From Tubiluchus corallicola (taxonomy: Eukaryota > Animalia > Priapulida): a DNA stretch of 64,000 bases. The stretch's first letter is position 1; each line of letters begins with the position of its first letter. Below the pieces are notes generated by a model that saw nothing but the letters and a program-made list of their open reading frames with translations, searched no databases and was not told the DNA's origin. The position numbers and the translations under genes are program-made. The stretch lies in the NCBI GenBank assembly GCA_030141605.1, contig JAQGDQ010000041.1, forward strand, positions 496,001 to 560,000, given 5' to 3'. Of this stretch, positions 41,028 through 55,274 are shown one piece after another.

Positions 41028-41670
41028 AAAAGGTAAAAGTGGCAAGTTTCACCTATTTGAAGTTCACAGCCAGGCTGAAATTAGGAGAAAATTATTTTAC
41101 TCATCAATCAGCCTCTTAGATGGTGCGCCTGCAGGCTGCTTGTTATGGTAAAGGTGGTTAAGATAAAATAAATGTAAAGGACTAAAGGTGGCAAGGTTCA
41201 CATTTAAAAGTTAACAACCAGGCAAAAATTATAAGAAAATAATCGCGCAAATGTTTTGTTGCGCCCGTGTATAGCACCGTCATTAATATATTACACCTAG
41301 TTAGACACGATAATTAACGTACGCAAAGCGGTAATAGGGTATAGGCATAAAAGCAGAAGTGGGAAAGTGGAGAGTTTCACCTATCCGAAGTTCACATCCG
41401 AGCGGCAACTAAAAGAAAAAAGTTTTAGTAATCAGTCGACCTCTCGATGGTGCCGTTGCAGGTTGCACTATTATGGTCATAGCAATAAAACAATGTCGCA
41501 GATACTCTCTTTGTTTCAACAACGTTTACAAATGTATAAAAGGCACAAGTGGCAAGTTTCATCCCGGCTTAGTGAAGTTTACAGAGAGCTGAAATTAGAA
41601 GAAAATTGTTTTAGTCATTAATCTGCCTACTGTGGTCCGCCCCATTATTATGGCCATAGATATAAAACAT
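41028..41670. repeat. Four degenerate tandem copies of a ~150-190-bp unit
   Basis: AAGTGGCAAGTTTCAC...GAAGTTCAC...GAAATTAG.AGAAAATT-like block recurs near 41037, 41187, 41365 and 41547. Confidence 0.8.
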
Positions 41671-44600
41671 CCCGGCATAGTATTAATAGGATTTTAACCG
41701 GTCCGCTTCTGTTCTTGCCTGATTGTTGGATTAACTTTATCTGTCGCTTGCAGGTGTATTGAGCTACCTATAGAGACAGATTGTAGGAGAAAAGAAAATC
41801 CCACGTGCAGGTTAAGCCTGTCAATAACAATGCCGTGTAATAGTGTATGCTGCAGATAAGAGAGAAAAACAGCCCATTTGCTCGTAGTACATTTAATGCA
41901 ACTTTCAATTAAGGTTGCTCAATTAATTTAGGTTTCATTTTCGTTTTGATTTCGATTGCGAGTGGGATTTCAGCCCGCATACGTTAAAATCATCTACAAG
42001 GCATTCAGAAAACAATATCGATGCTTCCGTTGTGTATAACACTATTAACACGCATCTATTCTGTTTATACAACTGGCACGTAGACGAACCATTTACATTG
42101 GCGAATCGTTGATAATTGAGTTTTATTGTATTTTGCAGAAGACTATACTCCACATCAAACACTCCGGGCGTGACTAATCTGATTATTATCACTACACAAC
42201 TAGATTAACAAAACACCAACACTTCCAATCATGGATTTTAATTGGGTAATGACAAAATACAGAGAACCGACAAGCACTTATGTAATTCAGACCTTTTGAT
42301 GAATGCTGTAATGTGTATAGATCTTCAAATTTCTTTTAACAATTTCTTACGAATATTTAAAAATGCAACAAGTTAAAAGACTTCAGTTTAACATCTTTTC
42401 AAGTCTTACATGAGATACTAAAGCCTAACCTGCATATTTTATTTTAAATATACTGTGCTTAGCCCTTCATTCACTAGTCTGTTGTTAGGTTCACAGGAGG
42501 TATTATGAAAGCACTCAAACACTAATTAGACCTGTGCCAATCTTAACGATTAATCAAATTAAATGTTTATGATAAATGTAATGAAATTGTTTGCCATCAA
42601 TCAAAGCCTCTTAACGTAATTGAATGGAACTAAGAAAGGTTCGGCATGACCATCTGAATGAATATCGGTAAAGGGCAATTGTGAATCTTCACATAATGAA
42701 GCCATTTCTAGGTGGATCTCCATGAATAGCTGTAAAACCAAAGCCATGCACAAAGAAGCCTCGAATATGAATGCACATCAGGCACAAACAAATCTAGCAA
42801 AAACGAAAGCGTTGTTTGGATACCTGAGTCTGACTAAATATAGCCTAAGAACAAGACTGAAGCCATTGTTTGTAGATTTATAATTATATTTGAATATCGA
42901 CCAGAAGAAAATTGAAATACATACTACCCATTGTGTATAGGTAAATGGCTCTCAAATAGTTAATAAGTAAAACGAAAAATATGGTTGAAGCTATTGCTAA
43001 AATAAACAGATGAATATGAATTAGTATAAATGAGAAAAAGAAAAGAGTCGAGTCATTGTTTTAAAGGGGATATTCAAATAAGGGAATATCATTGAATATC
43101 GGTTAAGAGTTAAAAAGAATGCCGACGGCACACAACGTAAAAACGTATGATTACATAATACAGTAACTTTCATTATTTCAATAAACACCTTTAAAATATT
43201 ACAAATCCTACTGTGGTATTTAGGAACTGAACCCACCAAGTTTAATAGAAATTAAGCCCTGGAACGGTATTCTCTATATGTCTAGAAACTAAAAAGACAC
43301 GGGCAGTAATCTTAAAGTGAGCAAAGTTCGTTATTTTAAAACATAAGCAAATCAAGTGAACATATAAAAGCACTTGTTATAGATGAAGTGAGCGAGAGAT
43401 AAGCAGATTATCCTCCCTATACACGCTGCACACTTCAATTAATTTTGCTGAATTTGTTAATGTGATTAACGTTGGTCACTGATTGACTTTGCCTCTAAAA
43501 TTACCATCACAAGAGCGGAAGGTAAATCGAAGCAATCATTGCCAGCCATCTGCCAGGTTTCCAAGGCTGTTGTATGCATGCCCACCGGTCTGCCACACAG
43601 GGGATAGGTTACTTCTAGATCTGATACATCCAATCCGCCCAGTCAGGTGGGAGCAAGAAACAAAAACAGGAGGCTGAACCCACCCATCTGCTGTGCAATC
43701 AGAAAAGAGCAGAATCGAAAGGGGAGGTCTGCCTGATTTATACATGTAGCCAGGGTTATATAGTCTTTGTGACATTTTTCACTTAGTAACTATTCCGGCC
43801 ATTGTGAGGGAAATACAAAAGATTATGAACAGAAGGTAGGGCGATGACGCTGATTATGTACCTGAACAGGCAAGACTTAATGCATTAATTGGCAACGCCT
43901 CCTTGACTACAATGAGGATAACACTTGGAACTATCATAACTCTATGCATCATATTAAGTAAAACAATGTCCACATTTAACGGCAAAAATGGTACTGAACG
44001 CAGGAGATTACAGTATTAAGTTGGTCGTTTACAGGAATCCACACAATACAAGCAATTCTTCAATAACACGAACATTTGGTATGCTAAACTCGCCATATAT
44101 CATACTTTGCATAAAGTCTATAAGAAGCTTAAGGTAGAATATTTCTCCAATAATGGCATTCAGATCTGTGGAGGCTTCCCTCATATTTTATACTTTGTGG
44201 AAAATGCGCAAAGGCTTAAAGGTACAATGTCTTTCCAAATTACTCTCAATCCGCCGGACAGGTTTGAACTAAGCCGGTGATATTAAAATGCATTTTCATT
44301 AAACGAGAGTCAGCAGCTTAGGGCAACATAGATGAGACCATGTGATAAATTACAGAATAAGTGAGCGGCAGGATGAGGATTATCTAGACGCATGAACATC
44401 ATCTCAGATGAGTATCTGCAGTTTTATTCACAAATGGATCACCCCACTTCCCAGAGGGTTAGGAAGTGAAAAAAATGAGCAACCTACCAGGAATCTATTA
44501 TCTAGACGCTTCGAACTAAGAATAATAACCGCAAGAGGCAAGAGTTTTATGCGCAGCGGTTATGCTATTTCCCAAGAGCAAGGCAAGAAAAACTAACTGG

Positions 44601-44926
44601 TGCAGTAATAGTAATACACATGTAACAATTGATTGGAGGATAATGTAAGATCCTGTATAATCGGATCATCTCACTACCCAGGGTTGTGAAAGCAATCTGG
44701 CGGGGTGGATTTTTTAATTCCCACCCGCAGGGAAATAGCAATAACTTAGAAAATAATGTAAAATGTAGTTGGCTGAGCTAATTGTTGGTGTGTACGACAC
44801 GATCCCGAATGAGCTCGACCAGTGTAAATGGCTTCATTTCGTATTGCACTTGGCTTAAGAAAGGGTTAACAGTGTCACTCCGGACCTATGCTTAATCTAT
44901 TTATTTTGTAAGTTTGACTGGAAGCA

Positions 44927-44940
44927 GTTACCGTAGCAAC
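44927..44940. promoter_or_regulatory. RFX X-box
   Basis: GTTACCGTAGCAAC fits GTNRCC(N2)RGYAAC. Confidence 0.52.
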
Positions 44941-45653
44941 CGGATGAAGCATCATGGGAAGATGTTTGCATACAAATGAAGCAGGAGGGAGGAGGAGGGG
45001 ATGCATGATCAGCGTCCTGGAAGTAATGTCACGCAGTCATTCTATAGAGTTAATGCCCGTGCTAGGATTTCCTGCTGAACTGATTTATTCCTTTCAAAGG
45101 CAAATTGTTCATCAATTAGGAAGAACATTAGCAGACCACCTCGTGAAGCCAGACCATGAAGCCATGGAGTTAAAGACAATAGAGACATGATCGATCAATG
45201 AGGTAACATGTACACCAACAGCAATAAATTGCTCAATTCTCTCAGTAGGACAACAAGTAGTCATTTCCTTGAATTAATGAAGCTTTTTCATCTCCCGGCC
45301 TTTACGGTCACAAACTGCCGCTTAGTCATTGCACAACTTTATCAAGCAAATTGTTTTTCTTTTTTCAATTGAGTCACAATATGGAAGTAATTTCTCAAAT
45401 GAAAGGCGCACTTTGGAATTTGCTCTTTGAGATGTTCTATACATTTCCTTTAACCGCTTCCCGAAATTGCTCTGTCATAAAAAATCGTTTTGCTTGCGAC
45501 AGTATGGGCGTGGCAATCAGAAAAAGCTGAATCTACACAAAAACAAAGTAATTATGCTCATATTACGCTTTGTAGAAAGACTTTGTAGACATTGATTTCA
45601 TCAAACTAAAATAAATATTGGGAATTTTAGAAAATAATCTTAAAACTAATAAA

Positions 45654-45740
45654 ACACAATAGTTAATTAGGAAGATGAAACGTCAACGATGTAAGTATAT
45701 GGTACCAGGTTCGACTCCTAGTTGTGAAAGGTTTTTTTCA
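45654..45740 (+). mobile_element. Degenerate tRNA-derived SINE head or tRNA-like relic
   Basis: A-box-like TAGTTAATTAGG (45660), perfect B-box GGTTCGACTCC (45708-45718) in a T-arm-like stem, ends CACAA/TTGTG can pair, followed by a T run. Confidence 0.4.
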
Positions 45741-48700
45741 CTATAACAACGATAGGATTACGTGTTTAACGCAGAAACACATTTTATAGTTTAAAACTTT
45801 ACAAAACGATTTTAGCACGAATTTAGTAATAATAGTTACAACAGGTAATGAACCACATGCTGACTAACTGCTATACATATCATTTACACAATGTTTTTGT
45901 ATATTAAAGTTTTTACATCTAAAATTACGTTTTACACCTAAAATGAAAATCATTAAATTTAACTGTGCATTGAGTTTGCTTACACCTGCGTTAAGCATTT
46001 TAAGCGTTTATTACCGCACTTTTTATTATGTAATGCAAATCAAGAAGCTGAGTGCTTAATGGATGCGAATCAGACACCTGTCGGGTTTCTATGGTAATGC
46101 GCATCTGCCGCATCCTCAGAGAAAAAGCTAACGAGCTAAAAGGTTGGTTAACGCAATGAAACACCTGAGGCAAGCCAAGCAGCAAATGGTTTCCACTACA
46201 CGCTGAGAATAAGTTAGGAAGAAAAAGAAGACGAAATGTGGCCACGCCCCCAAGCAGCGCTGATATGAATCTACCCAATCGGTGAAACATCTGGAAGCGC
46301 AAATGGTAAATGCAATAACAAGGGGAAAAGTATGAAGAAAAATAAAAAATATCTAATATGCACTTGGAATGCACCTAGTTTGTTGAGTCTTATTTCTGAC
46401 ACTTAACAGAATTAAGTCCATAATTCCTCATCTAGCTAAAATTTACTGGTCACAAAACAAAATACTTTATGTACCCTCTTTGCTTCATTACTCATTGGAC
46501 GTTCAATTTCACTAGAATTATAGAGCACTGAACGTTTCTACTACCCTCAGGACCCTCAGCCTACTAATTCTCACTGGACCTTCGGCCTTTTCAATAACTC
46601 AGGCTGCAAGCAAGAGTATAAAAGAACAGTATATGGGGACAAAAGAAAAAGGGACAAGTAATACAGTAACTGTCTTGGCCATAGCGACGATTCAGAAAAT
46701 TCCTTCCCATCATCCCATGCAGTTAATCTAGCTAAACTGTCAAATAGAACAAAGCGATAAAGTGTTTTTTGGCAACAAACTGTTGGTTAAAGAATTTCTT
46801 TGACAAGAAAATTTTCCAGTCAACAACTTTCCAGCATCTCAGACGCAGAAAAATAGAACTGTCAAGTTTTTAATTTCCGTGTAATATTCCATCATTGAAA
46901 CGCGTTGAACCGTGAGTCGATATTCATTATGTAGATTCAGTATGGAAATAAGAGGGTTTCTGCTTCTATAAAAGCTCATGTATCCACATAATGTAAAGTT
47001 TAAAAATTGAAGCTTGGTTTTGCAGGTTCATAAAGCATATATCAGTACAAACCCGCGAAATAAGTAAACTGAAAGCTTGACAAATTCTGTTCGAAGTGTT
47101 ACCAAGACCCGAACCCTGATATTCATTCTGAACGGGCAGCAATTAACGTTAGTCCATTAGGCACTGAAAAATTTTTAAACTACGCTTGCGTATAAGCCTA
47201 AATAAAATAATAGACATCTAATCGATTTAAATTTTTGATAAGCTTAGAATCTAATGACTACATGTGTTAATGAAAACCAATTAATACACTTTAAATTGAC
47301 GCGATTAACACATATGCGTTATATAAGTGCTTTGATAATGCTTTAAAAACAGCGGTATGTTTTCATGTAACACGCGCACAGGTAAAGGATACCTCGGTAA
47401 ACCAACCTGTATTGTTTCTACAGCTGCATGATTCGCATGATCCCACCTGGCCAATGACAATGCGTTATAATTGCTTTATTATGCTATGTAACTTGTAGTT
47501 ACAATGGACTATTTCACTGATCAATTAAGTTAAACTATAATAAGCCATTAAGAATAGTTTAAGTCTTGTATGAAATAAATTATGATCATTTACGTTCAAT
47601 TGCAATGAAACAAAAACAGCAGTATGATTTAAACTTTGCACTGCAGAAACAAGCAATTATGCATATGATTGATTTGGCTTGTGACATTTAGAGTGTTCGA
47701 TATTGTGTACCTGGTTCAAATCTAGGATACGTTTCATTTTTTCATGCATACTTCGTTTCTCTGTGGTTTTAGCGACGTTTGGTTTCAAATCTTTTTAACA
47801 AAAAATAAGGTGTTATTCCATAATTGTGAGACGCTTCATAAAAGTTTGGCAGTTTTTAAAAATTGCAATGGACCAGTCGAATTGGTTGCTTTGCGGTTTG
47901 TTAGGGTATTAATAGGAAAAAATAAAAATTTCTAAAATAATGAAAAACGACTAAAAGTCGTAATAATAAAGTTCAGTTTGAGCGAGAAAAATGATTATAG
48001 TTCAGGACTCCAGTAAAACCAAAAAATCGCTCATAAACGACGAAAAACAAAAATGGCGTTTACAACGTAATTTAGCATGCACAGCTTGACATATTGGTGC
48101 ATGACTGCATGAAAAGATGTAGCGATTAGAGCAATCTGTGCAAATCAAGCACTAACAAAACATGAACCAATCACTCACGTAACTACACTAGCAATACAAT
48201 TCCACTTTGCATGCAAATTTATAAAAAAAAATCCGTCATGGCAATTTGTACTTCTTCTATTCAGCTAAGTCACAATTATAAAAAACAATTTAAATCTTTA
48301 TAACGGTATTCCAGGGGGGATATTTATAATTACATGTGACGAAACCTTCCAATTAAAACGATGATAGTCAATGCAAATAATCAAGTTCGCTTCACTAAAA
48401 TGCCCCCTTTTATTAATGCTTTTAAAGGCGTATATGTGAGAATATATACATTGATATAAGAATAAAAATTATGCAAATTTTATGTATGTAAAAGTGAAAA
48501 AGGCTGTTAGTTAAATGTATTTTATTTCAAGAGTTCAACAAATAAAAAGTACCTAATAATAATAAAATGTTAGCACTATTTTAGATGAAAAACTCATGAT
48601 AAATCAAACATAAACACAGACATACTATCACAGAGTAAAACAAAACTTTAGCGATACATCTCATCTAGGCTCGTCTTAAGAGCTGTTTATCTTAACTCTT

Positions 48701-51561
48701 TGACATTTCCAGTTTCTACAACAAATGGATGAAACTCCCAGTGTTTCTAATAAATAATTTGATTACTAAATTATCAAATTAAACTAAAGGATTTTAGTAA
48801 AAATGCCGCTCGTATTTACATATATTTTTCTATTATAGTTTTGCCAAAGCTAAAACGTTTGCGGTAAATTCACAGACAGCTAGCGTTTGTATTCTTGAAC
48901 AGAGGTAAATTAAATTGATTTTGACAAAAGAGTGTCTGATGAATAACAAACAATTCATCAGGGAACTCACGTTGCCAATTAATTTGAAATTATTAATTAC
49001 GAAAAAGTCAATTTAGTTAATACAATTTTACCTCTGGGTGCGCGTGTTCCAGCGCAAGAATTAGTGAGGAAATTAATATTATATATATTATGTTATAAAT
49101 TATATATATAATATAAACTTAATGCAAATTTTAATAAAACTAAATTCAAAAAGCTAATGCAACCTACATTATTCATCAAAATGACACGTTTAATTGTTTG
49201 TAACGAATGTTATCTAGTTTATGCTTTATGTGAAGTAAATGCAGTCAAGCAGGTAAACAGGTAAAACATTTTAAATCGCAAGGGAAATCAACGCAGACCC
49301 CACGCCACGTGGCGCTGTGTGTTAAAGTCAAAGGCCGTGAAATGTAGATAATACCTAGAATACAAAACACGGCGTCTGTTCGCGCTTGCATAAATTTAAC
49401 AGTCACGTTTACGGAATATCGTAGAAGCCGTGCAAGTAGCGATAAACAATAAGTAATGGATTTAACAAGAAGGTTAACTGATAAATTCCAAAATAAGAGC
49501 CTTGTTTGTAAAAACAAAACAATAACGTAACATAGATCGTAATGCCGCTATATAATTAAACGAACAGTGACGAGTACGCTAGTTAAACTCATAAAATAAT
49601 AGTTTTGACTTTTGAGAAACAACGCCTAGTCAGCGAAAGCAACATGATTTAGAATTTTAGACCTAGTAGAAAAAACACAACGAAGTATATACAATAATGA
49701 CCAATGATTAGAAAAACAATGAACACATAAAAATGTAGCGCTTTGCTCGTATAGTAATTAAAAATTTCAATATCTTGACAATTTCAACATAGACAGAAAC
49801 GCATGGCCCTAGCGGCTGACGCTGCAGGTAGAATAATGCATTTTGCGTTTGTGAATTCGTGAATTCGCAAACATTTCTAACAAAGGTAACTGCTAATGCA
49901 TTTTTCCCCGGAGCGCGCTTTTCTTCCTTCTTATAACAAAGCACCTGATTTTGAAAATTCCTGAGAAGCTCAATTCTAATTAATTCCCTAAATAGTCCGC
50001 ACTTGAACAGAATGTGTAATTTTATCCTGACTCGCCGTAGTGCTAATGAGTCAAACATTTTTGCAAAACCCTCGCATTTCCGCGTTAGGTTAAAGCTAGC
50101 ATTTTATTAGCCATTAAACAAGTAGTAACAGAGTACGATCATACGCGTTTGTAATATTTGGTACATATGCTTCACAAAGCCCTCATTCTAATATAAAAGC
50201 ACCAGTTTAGAGGTATCCTTTTTTCGTAATGTAGGTGCCTCGCAAGGAGGTAATGTTAGCATCTAGGTAATGTGCTAACTTCGCCGCTATTTCGCGGAAT
50301 CTAATTTTTTTTAAAGTTATACTAAAACTTTGCAACAGAACGTGAAGGCAAATATCAAAAAGTTTCTTCAGTACAACTTTAAATTTAGACTTGTTCGAGA
50401 CTCAATACAAAAAACAAGTAACTAATAATAATATCGTCTAACTTGCAATTTTTGAGTGACTTACTTTTTGCTGATGGTATAAACCAGTATGGTGGCATCT
50501 CTCTCCCTTTTCTCTCCCTCTGTGTCCTTTCCACCAATAATCTTAGCTGCTTAAAAACCACCCTCTCTTTATCAATAGCGCAGGTAGACTGACTGGGGCA
50601 CACACCTCCACTCACCTGATTCTAGCGTTGTGACATGTGGCTCGCAGACCCTCTTTTGTTAGACAAATATCACTGCCGCATATACATCCCAATTAACCCA
50701 TTTTGCAGCCCCTCCACAATCTTCCCCTAGTAAGGTTACACAACAACAAGGTGCTAACCTTTGTTGCTGTTTGTATAGGCACACTTCAAAGTGCGGCCTG
50801 TGAGTGACCACTGACCGCTGGTCAAGAGATGAGTGAAAACTGATACCAGTGTCAAATTTGTACAGAGGTTCAAAACTGTTGATATGTATCTGCACTCTCG
50901 CGCAGGCGGTCACCATGTGTCTAGTAAGGTTAAACACCTCTCCCAGCAGGTTTAAAATTACCGGCTATTACATAAATTCACGTGCAAGTGAAGTCATACG
51001 TGGATGACGTAATTGCAGAACTCTTGCAAGGAATGTTCATGCGAGAAATATTATAATTGCAATTCATATCATGGTATTGCTGCAGGATGAGGTAGCATTA
51101 TAGTTAAAAAGATGCGATTAATCATATTAGGAAAACTATACTCACAGCGAATATTCGTTATTAATTTTGTATGATTTGTCTTAAATTTACAATAACTATT
51201 ATTAGTCAAATCCGACTTTGCAACACTAAACAGGAAAGAGAACTTCAAACTCTAAATGGAGAGAAAAATACCCAAATCCGGTTGAAGATAACACTCAAGG
51301 TACACACTGATGAAACAGGAACCTTAACTTCCTGTTCACGTAAAAAAATTGTGCAGTTTTCGCCTGCAAACCTACTCACACAACTATCGTTCGAATGCTA
51401 CATCATCCCCAGTATCTCTTACCAAAAAATGTACAGATACATGTCACGTGAAACTCTAGGAAAAAATTTCCAAGCTTTAATACTAGGTCTAACAATATGA
51501 CTGTGTTAGTAACAATAATACAATTACTGCTAGTAAACTAATAATGCAAATTAAGTCTTAC

Positions 51562-51651
51562 CTTATAGTAAAGCATGCAATGTTATAAGCAAACGTACAG
51601 AGTTTCCTATATTACTAATCCAGTGTTTAAGTTAGATTTGTTTGGGCTTAC
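51562..51651 (-). other. Candidate recursive-splice (RS) exon or non-coding exon, 90 nt
   Basis: Minus strand TTAAC...CTCTTTTTTCAATTCACTTTGTTTTTCAG|GTAAGC at 51652/51651, with a second donor TAAG|GTAAGA at 51562/51561. Confidence 0.55.
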
Positions 51652-54600
51652 CTGAAAAACAAAGTGAATTGAAAAAAGAGTGGAAATAAACGTTAATGCG
51701 CAACCTTTGCGGCTCAATAAACACTGTTTCCCAGTACTGCAACGTTTAAAAAATTAGAAGTGTTCTAAACAAAAAAATTAAAAAACTACCGAAAGTTACT
51801 GCAGCAACTAAACGTGTCTTGATGCTGATGTCTTTTAACAGACTTGTCTATTAAATAAATAATTCAGTTTAAATCAACAAAGCTTAAAAACAAAAACTTT
51901 TAACAAGCTCACTTATTATATTAGTCACTGGTAAGTCAATATATTGAAAGGAGATAATTGATCATTAAAAGAAAACGTAGTGACAGCAGGGACACAAACC
52001 GCAGCATAAATTATATTTGACCGCTAACTCATAATCACTTGTTAATTACTAACAAATAAAGGTGAATAGGATGTTCTGTCCACACATTAGCAGGCATGAG
52101 AAAGGTAAATAATGACTGGTCGCAGGACGATTTAGTTCGTTAGGACACACACCAGGGCGGCGCTGCACATTATGCTGCAATGATAGGTTTTTGATGCAGC
52201 TATTATCATTTGCAAACAACAGTGTGGCCTGTATAAATCAATAGATAGACCACACACGTATGCGCAGCATTGCAGGTATCATGAAGCTCAACTCAGTCAC
52301 CTATCATAAAAAGGCTTCATGTTACGAATTGCCAATCTCACAGGTGTCATTTTTATCAACTAATATAAAAGACATCACTGCTTTGCAGAACTACCATTAT
52401 TAAGCTGACAGAGATGCTGCCCAGAAACCCAGTAACATTTGATTTCCATTCATTCTATTCAATTGCACTACCAATTGCCCATGCAACATCAATTTCAAAT
52501 TTTGGTCGCTAAATTTTAGAGAAGTGGCCTGCAGTGCTACATAGATGTACGTTTAATACTTAGTCTGGGTACTTCGGATTTTTTTTTGCAAAACTTAACG
52601 ATTATAATTGTTCCTAGCAATAATTGTATTATTGATAAATCATTACAGACTGAAATGAGGCAGTTTTCTTAGTCAAACATCAAACGTTAACACATATAAA
52701 AAATAAAATAAAATAACCCGAAGAAAACGAAAAATTAGTGTGTATTTAAACCAAACCGTTTAAGTATAACAGTGTTGTCACTTGAAATCACTAGTTCATT
52801 AAATTTAAAAAATCCACAAATTAAATTATCGTTTAGTGGTATAGAAAACGCTTAACTAACTTATATTATCATTAATTTTTAGGTTATTAAATTACTACAA
52901 CACCATGGAGGCTGATTTATTAATCAGTTGACCTAAAATCAACCTTTCGCGCTTACAGCTGCTTGAAGTTCAGCCAAAGTTTTGTCCTGTAAGAAAAAAA
53001 TAAAGTTCCTCTGATCTTACAGGTTGGGTAGAGCAAACGGCGTGAATTCTTGAAAAATAATAAACAAAGGAAAACCGAATTACCTAAATCAGGTTAACAA
53101 AGAACGTTGTTTAACAGTGAAGCCAGACTTCTTCCACGCCCAGAATCAGAAAAATAACATTAATTCGGTAAACAAAGGAGGAGTGTGATGTTTACATTGG
53201 CAAATTATCACCATTCCATAGAACTATAGGCCTTAGCAAAATGTTAATATCCATAACATTATAAAGCAAAAATGCTTTTAAGTATCAGAGGCCCATACGT
53301 AAATTACTTAATTACCATACATTTTTGCCCATCTGGTCCAACAAGGTGGTCATGTTACAAGCAGCCCTAGACAGAAGCTGGTTTGTAAATGATGGACAAT
53401 AACCATAAACATATAAATCAATGATTCTTGGACAAACAAGAATAAGTAGTCGGTTACTGGTCAGTGGTCACACAAGCAGGGGCGCACTGGGAGATGACCA
53501 GATGACCTGTTTAAATATGAAGTGCTAAATAGACCAGTATCCTGACCTAAAAGAAACAGACGCTGTTCTAAGTCAAGACAAATGTTTTTCTGACAAACGA
53601 AATACAGAAGCATATAGACCTAAAAAGAGTACCTGTATTTTATAGTCTCTGTATAATATTCGAAGATTACGCGTCTAACCTACTCTATACATACATGTAT
53701 ATACAAGGTATATTTTGCCCAACAGTTCCAAGTATTATACGGTGCGCGGTGTATCCGGTGCCAATGACATCGGGGGTTCAACTTATAAAGCTGTTACTTG
53801 GCTGCGATAAAAATCAAACAAGTAAGATTCTGATTCCATATCTCCTGGAAGGCCAGAAAAACTCATTCCACAGAAAAACAAGTACTTAACTTTACTTTTT
53901 CAGGGCGGGTAAGTTGAGATAACTAGACTTCAACATAGACATTCTCGAGTAACCAATCTACAAAAAGGCAGAGAGCCCTACTAACTCCAGTGACACCAAC
54001 CAAGGAAGGAGACAGTAAATGTTAAACTAGCTACATATAAGATCTCGAAAGTCACCCCCAAGATACCCTGGAAGCTTTCTTTATGGAAAAACAAGTGATC
54101 TCTAACAAATAGTCAACAGACAAAACAAATGGATTCACCTATTGAGAGGTGCATGAATGTAAGTCATGCCACGAGAAAGTTGGTTACCTCACCTTGAGTC
54201 ATCAAATGTGATCGCCCATAAAGGCGATAACCTTACCCACACGAAGGGCAGGTAACCTCACCCAACCAGGAAGTCGTTTAATACCTCAACGCAGAATCAG
54301 CCATAAAAGAGCGACGGCTAATGAAATTTACCTATCCTACGTGCGTGTGCTACGTGATCAATAAAGGTGTTTTTGCCATGCATTCACAGCCACGAGTGTT
54401 ATGATATAACAGAGAATCATCTCTGACATTTAAGCCAACTCATGTACAAAAATATAGCTCTTTGTTGCTCCGGCGGTTGCCCTACGTTCATTAGGTGAGA
54501 TGACTAATCCCGCTTGATTGAATTATGGAAGAGGCGAGCCAGGTAAATGACTGTTAAATAACCTGGAATAATTGCAGCCTGCACTATAAATTACCTCGTT

Positions 54601-55260
54601 TCGTTGCAAGATCTTTGTGTGCACTTGTAATTATTGCGCTCAAATAAATGGTCTTAACACTTTATAAATGATTATAATTTCCATGACTAATTCCTCATCC
54701 TTTTTATACACATGATACACTCACTCTAAAGAGGTACACATTAAAGTATACACTTCAAATTTCAAAAGTTGTTTCACTCTTTTCAGTATGGTTATTGTGG
54801 TAAGATGTGGAGAAGAAATTGTATATGATTTGGCCTGATTTACGTTTTTACATGTATACATACATACTATAAAAAGTTGTTCCAGACTGACTCGCATGTT
54901 GTTTCTTGTCAGCTACAGCCGTCGTCGTATAAGATTTTTTTTCTTTGGCAAACACCTTTTTCGAATAATTATCCCTAATGATCATCCTCAACATCACTGC
55001 AACCAATGCAGGCTTAATTTAGCCTGTATTTACGTGGGCTCACCATGTAGAAATTGAATCAGTGAGGTGGATGCAAGGCTATATGTAAATGAAGCTCCAC
55101 GTCCCACACAAACTCAATCAACTACTAATTACCTATGATTACTCTTTCCTAGAGCTTCTACCTGCTAGTGAATAGTCAATCAAGAGCAGACTTACACAGC
55201 AATCACTGCCAATTCTACAATAATTACCGTCTATGCTGCATCCTTGCACCTAGAGCAACG

Positions 55261-55274
55261 GTTACCATGGCAAC
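55261..55274. promoter_or_regulatory. RFX X-box
   Basis: GTTACCATGGCAAC, within the longer near-palindrome ACGGTTACCATGGCAACCGT. Confidence 0.65.

Noticed and set aside
41028-41670. Repeat-spacer array as CRISPR-like
   Set aside because: Units are long and degenerate with homologous spacers, no cas genes are present, and the locus is eukaryotic.
44700-44728. GC hairpin as a Helitron 3' end or terminator
   Set aside because: Imperfect stem with no CTRR end. Intrinsic terminators are not relevant in this eukaryotic context.
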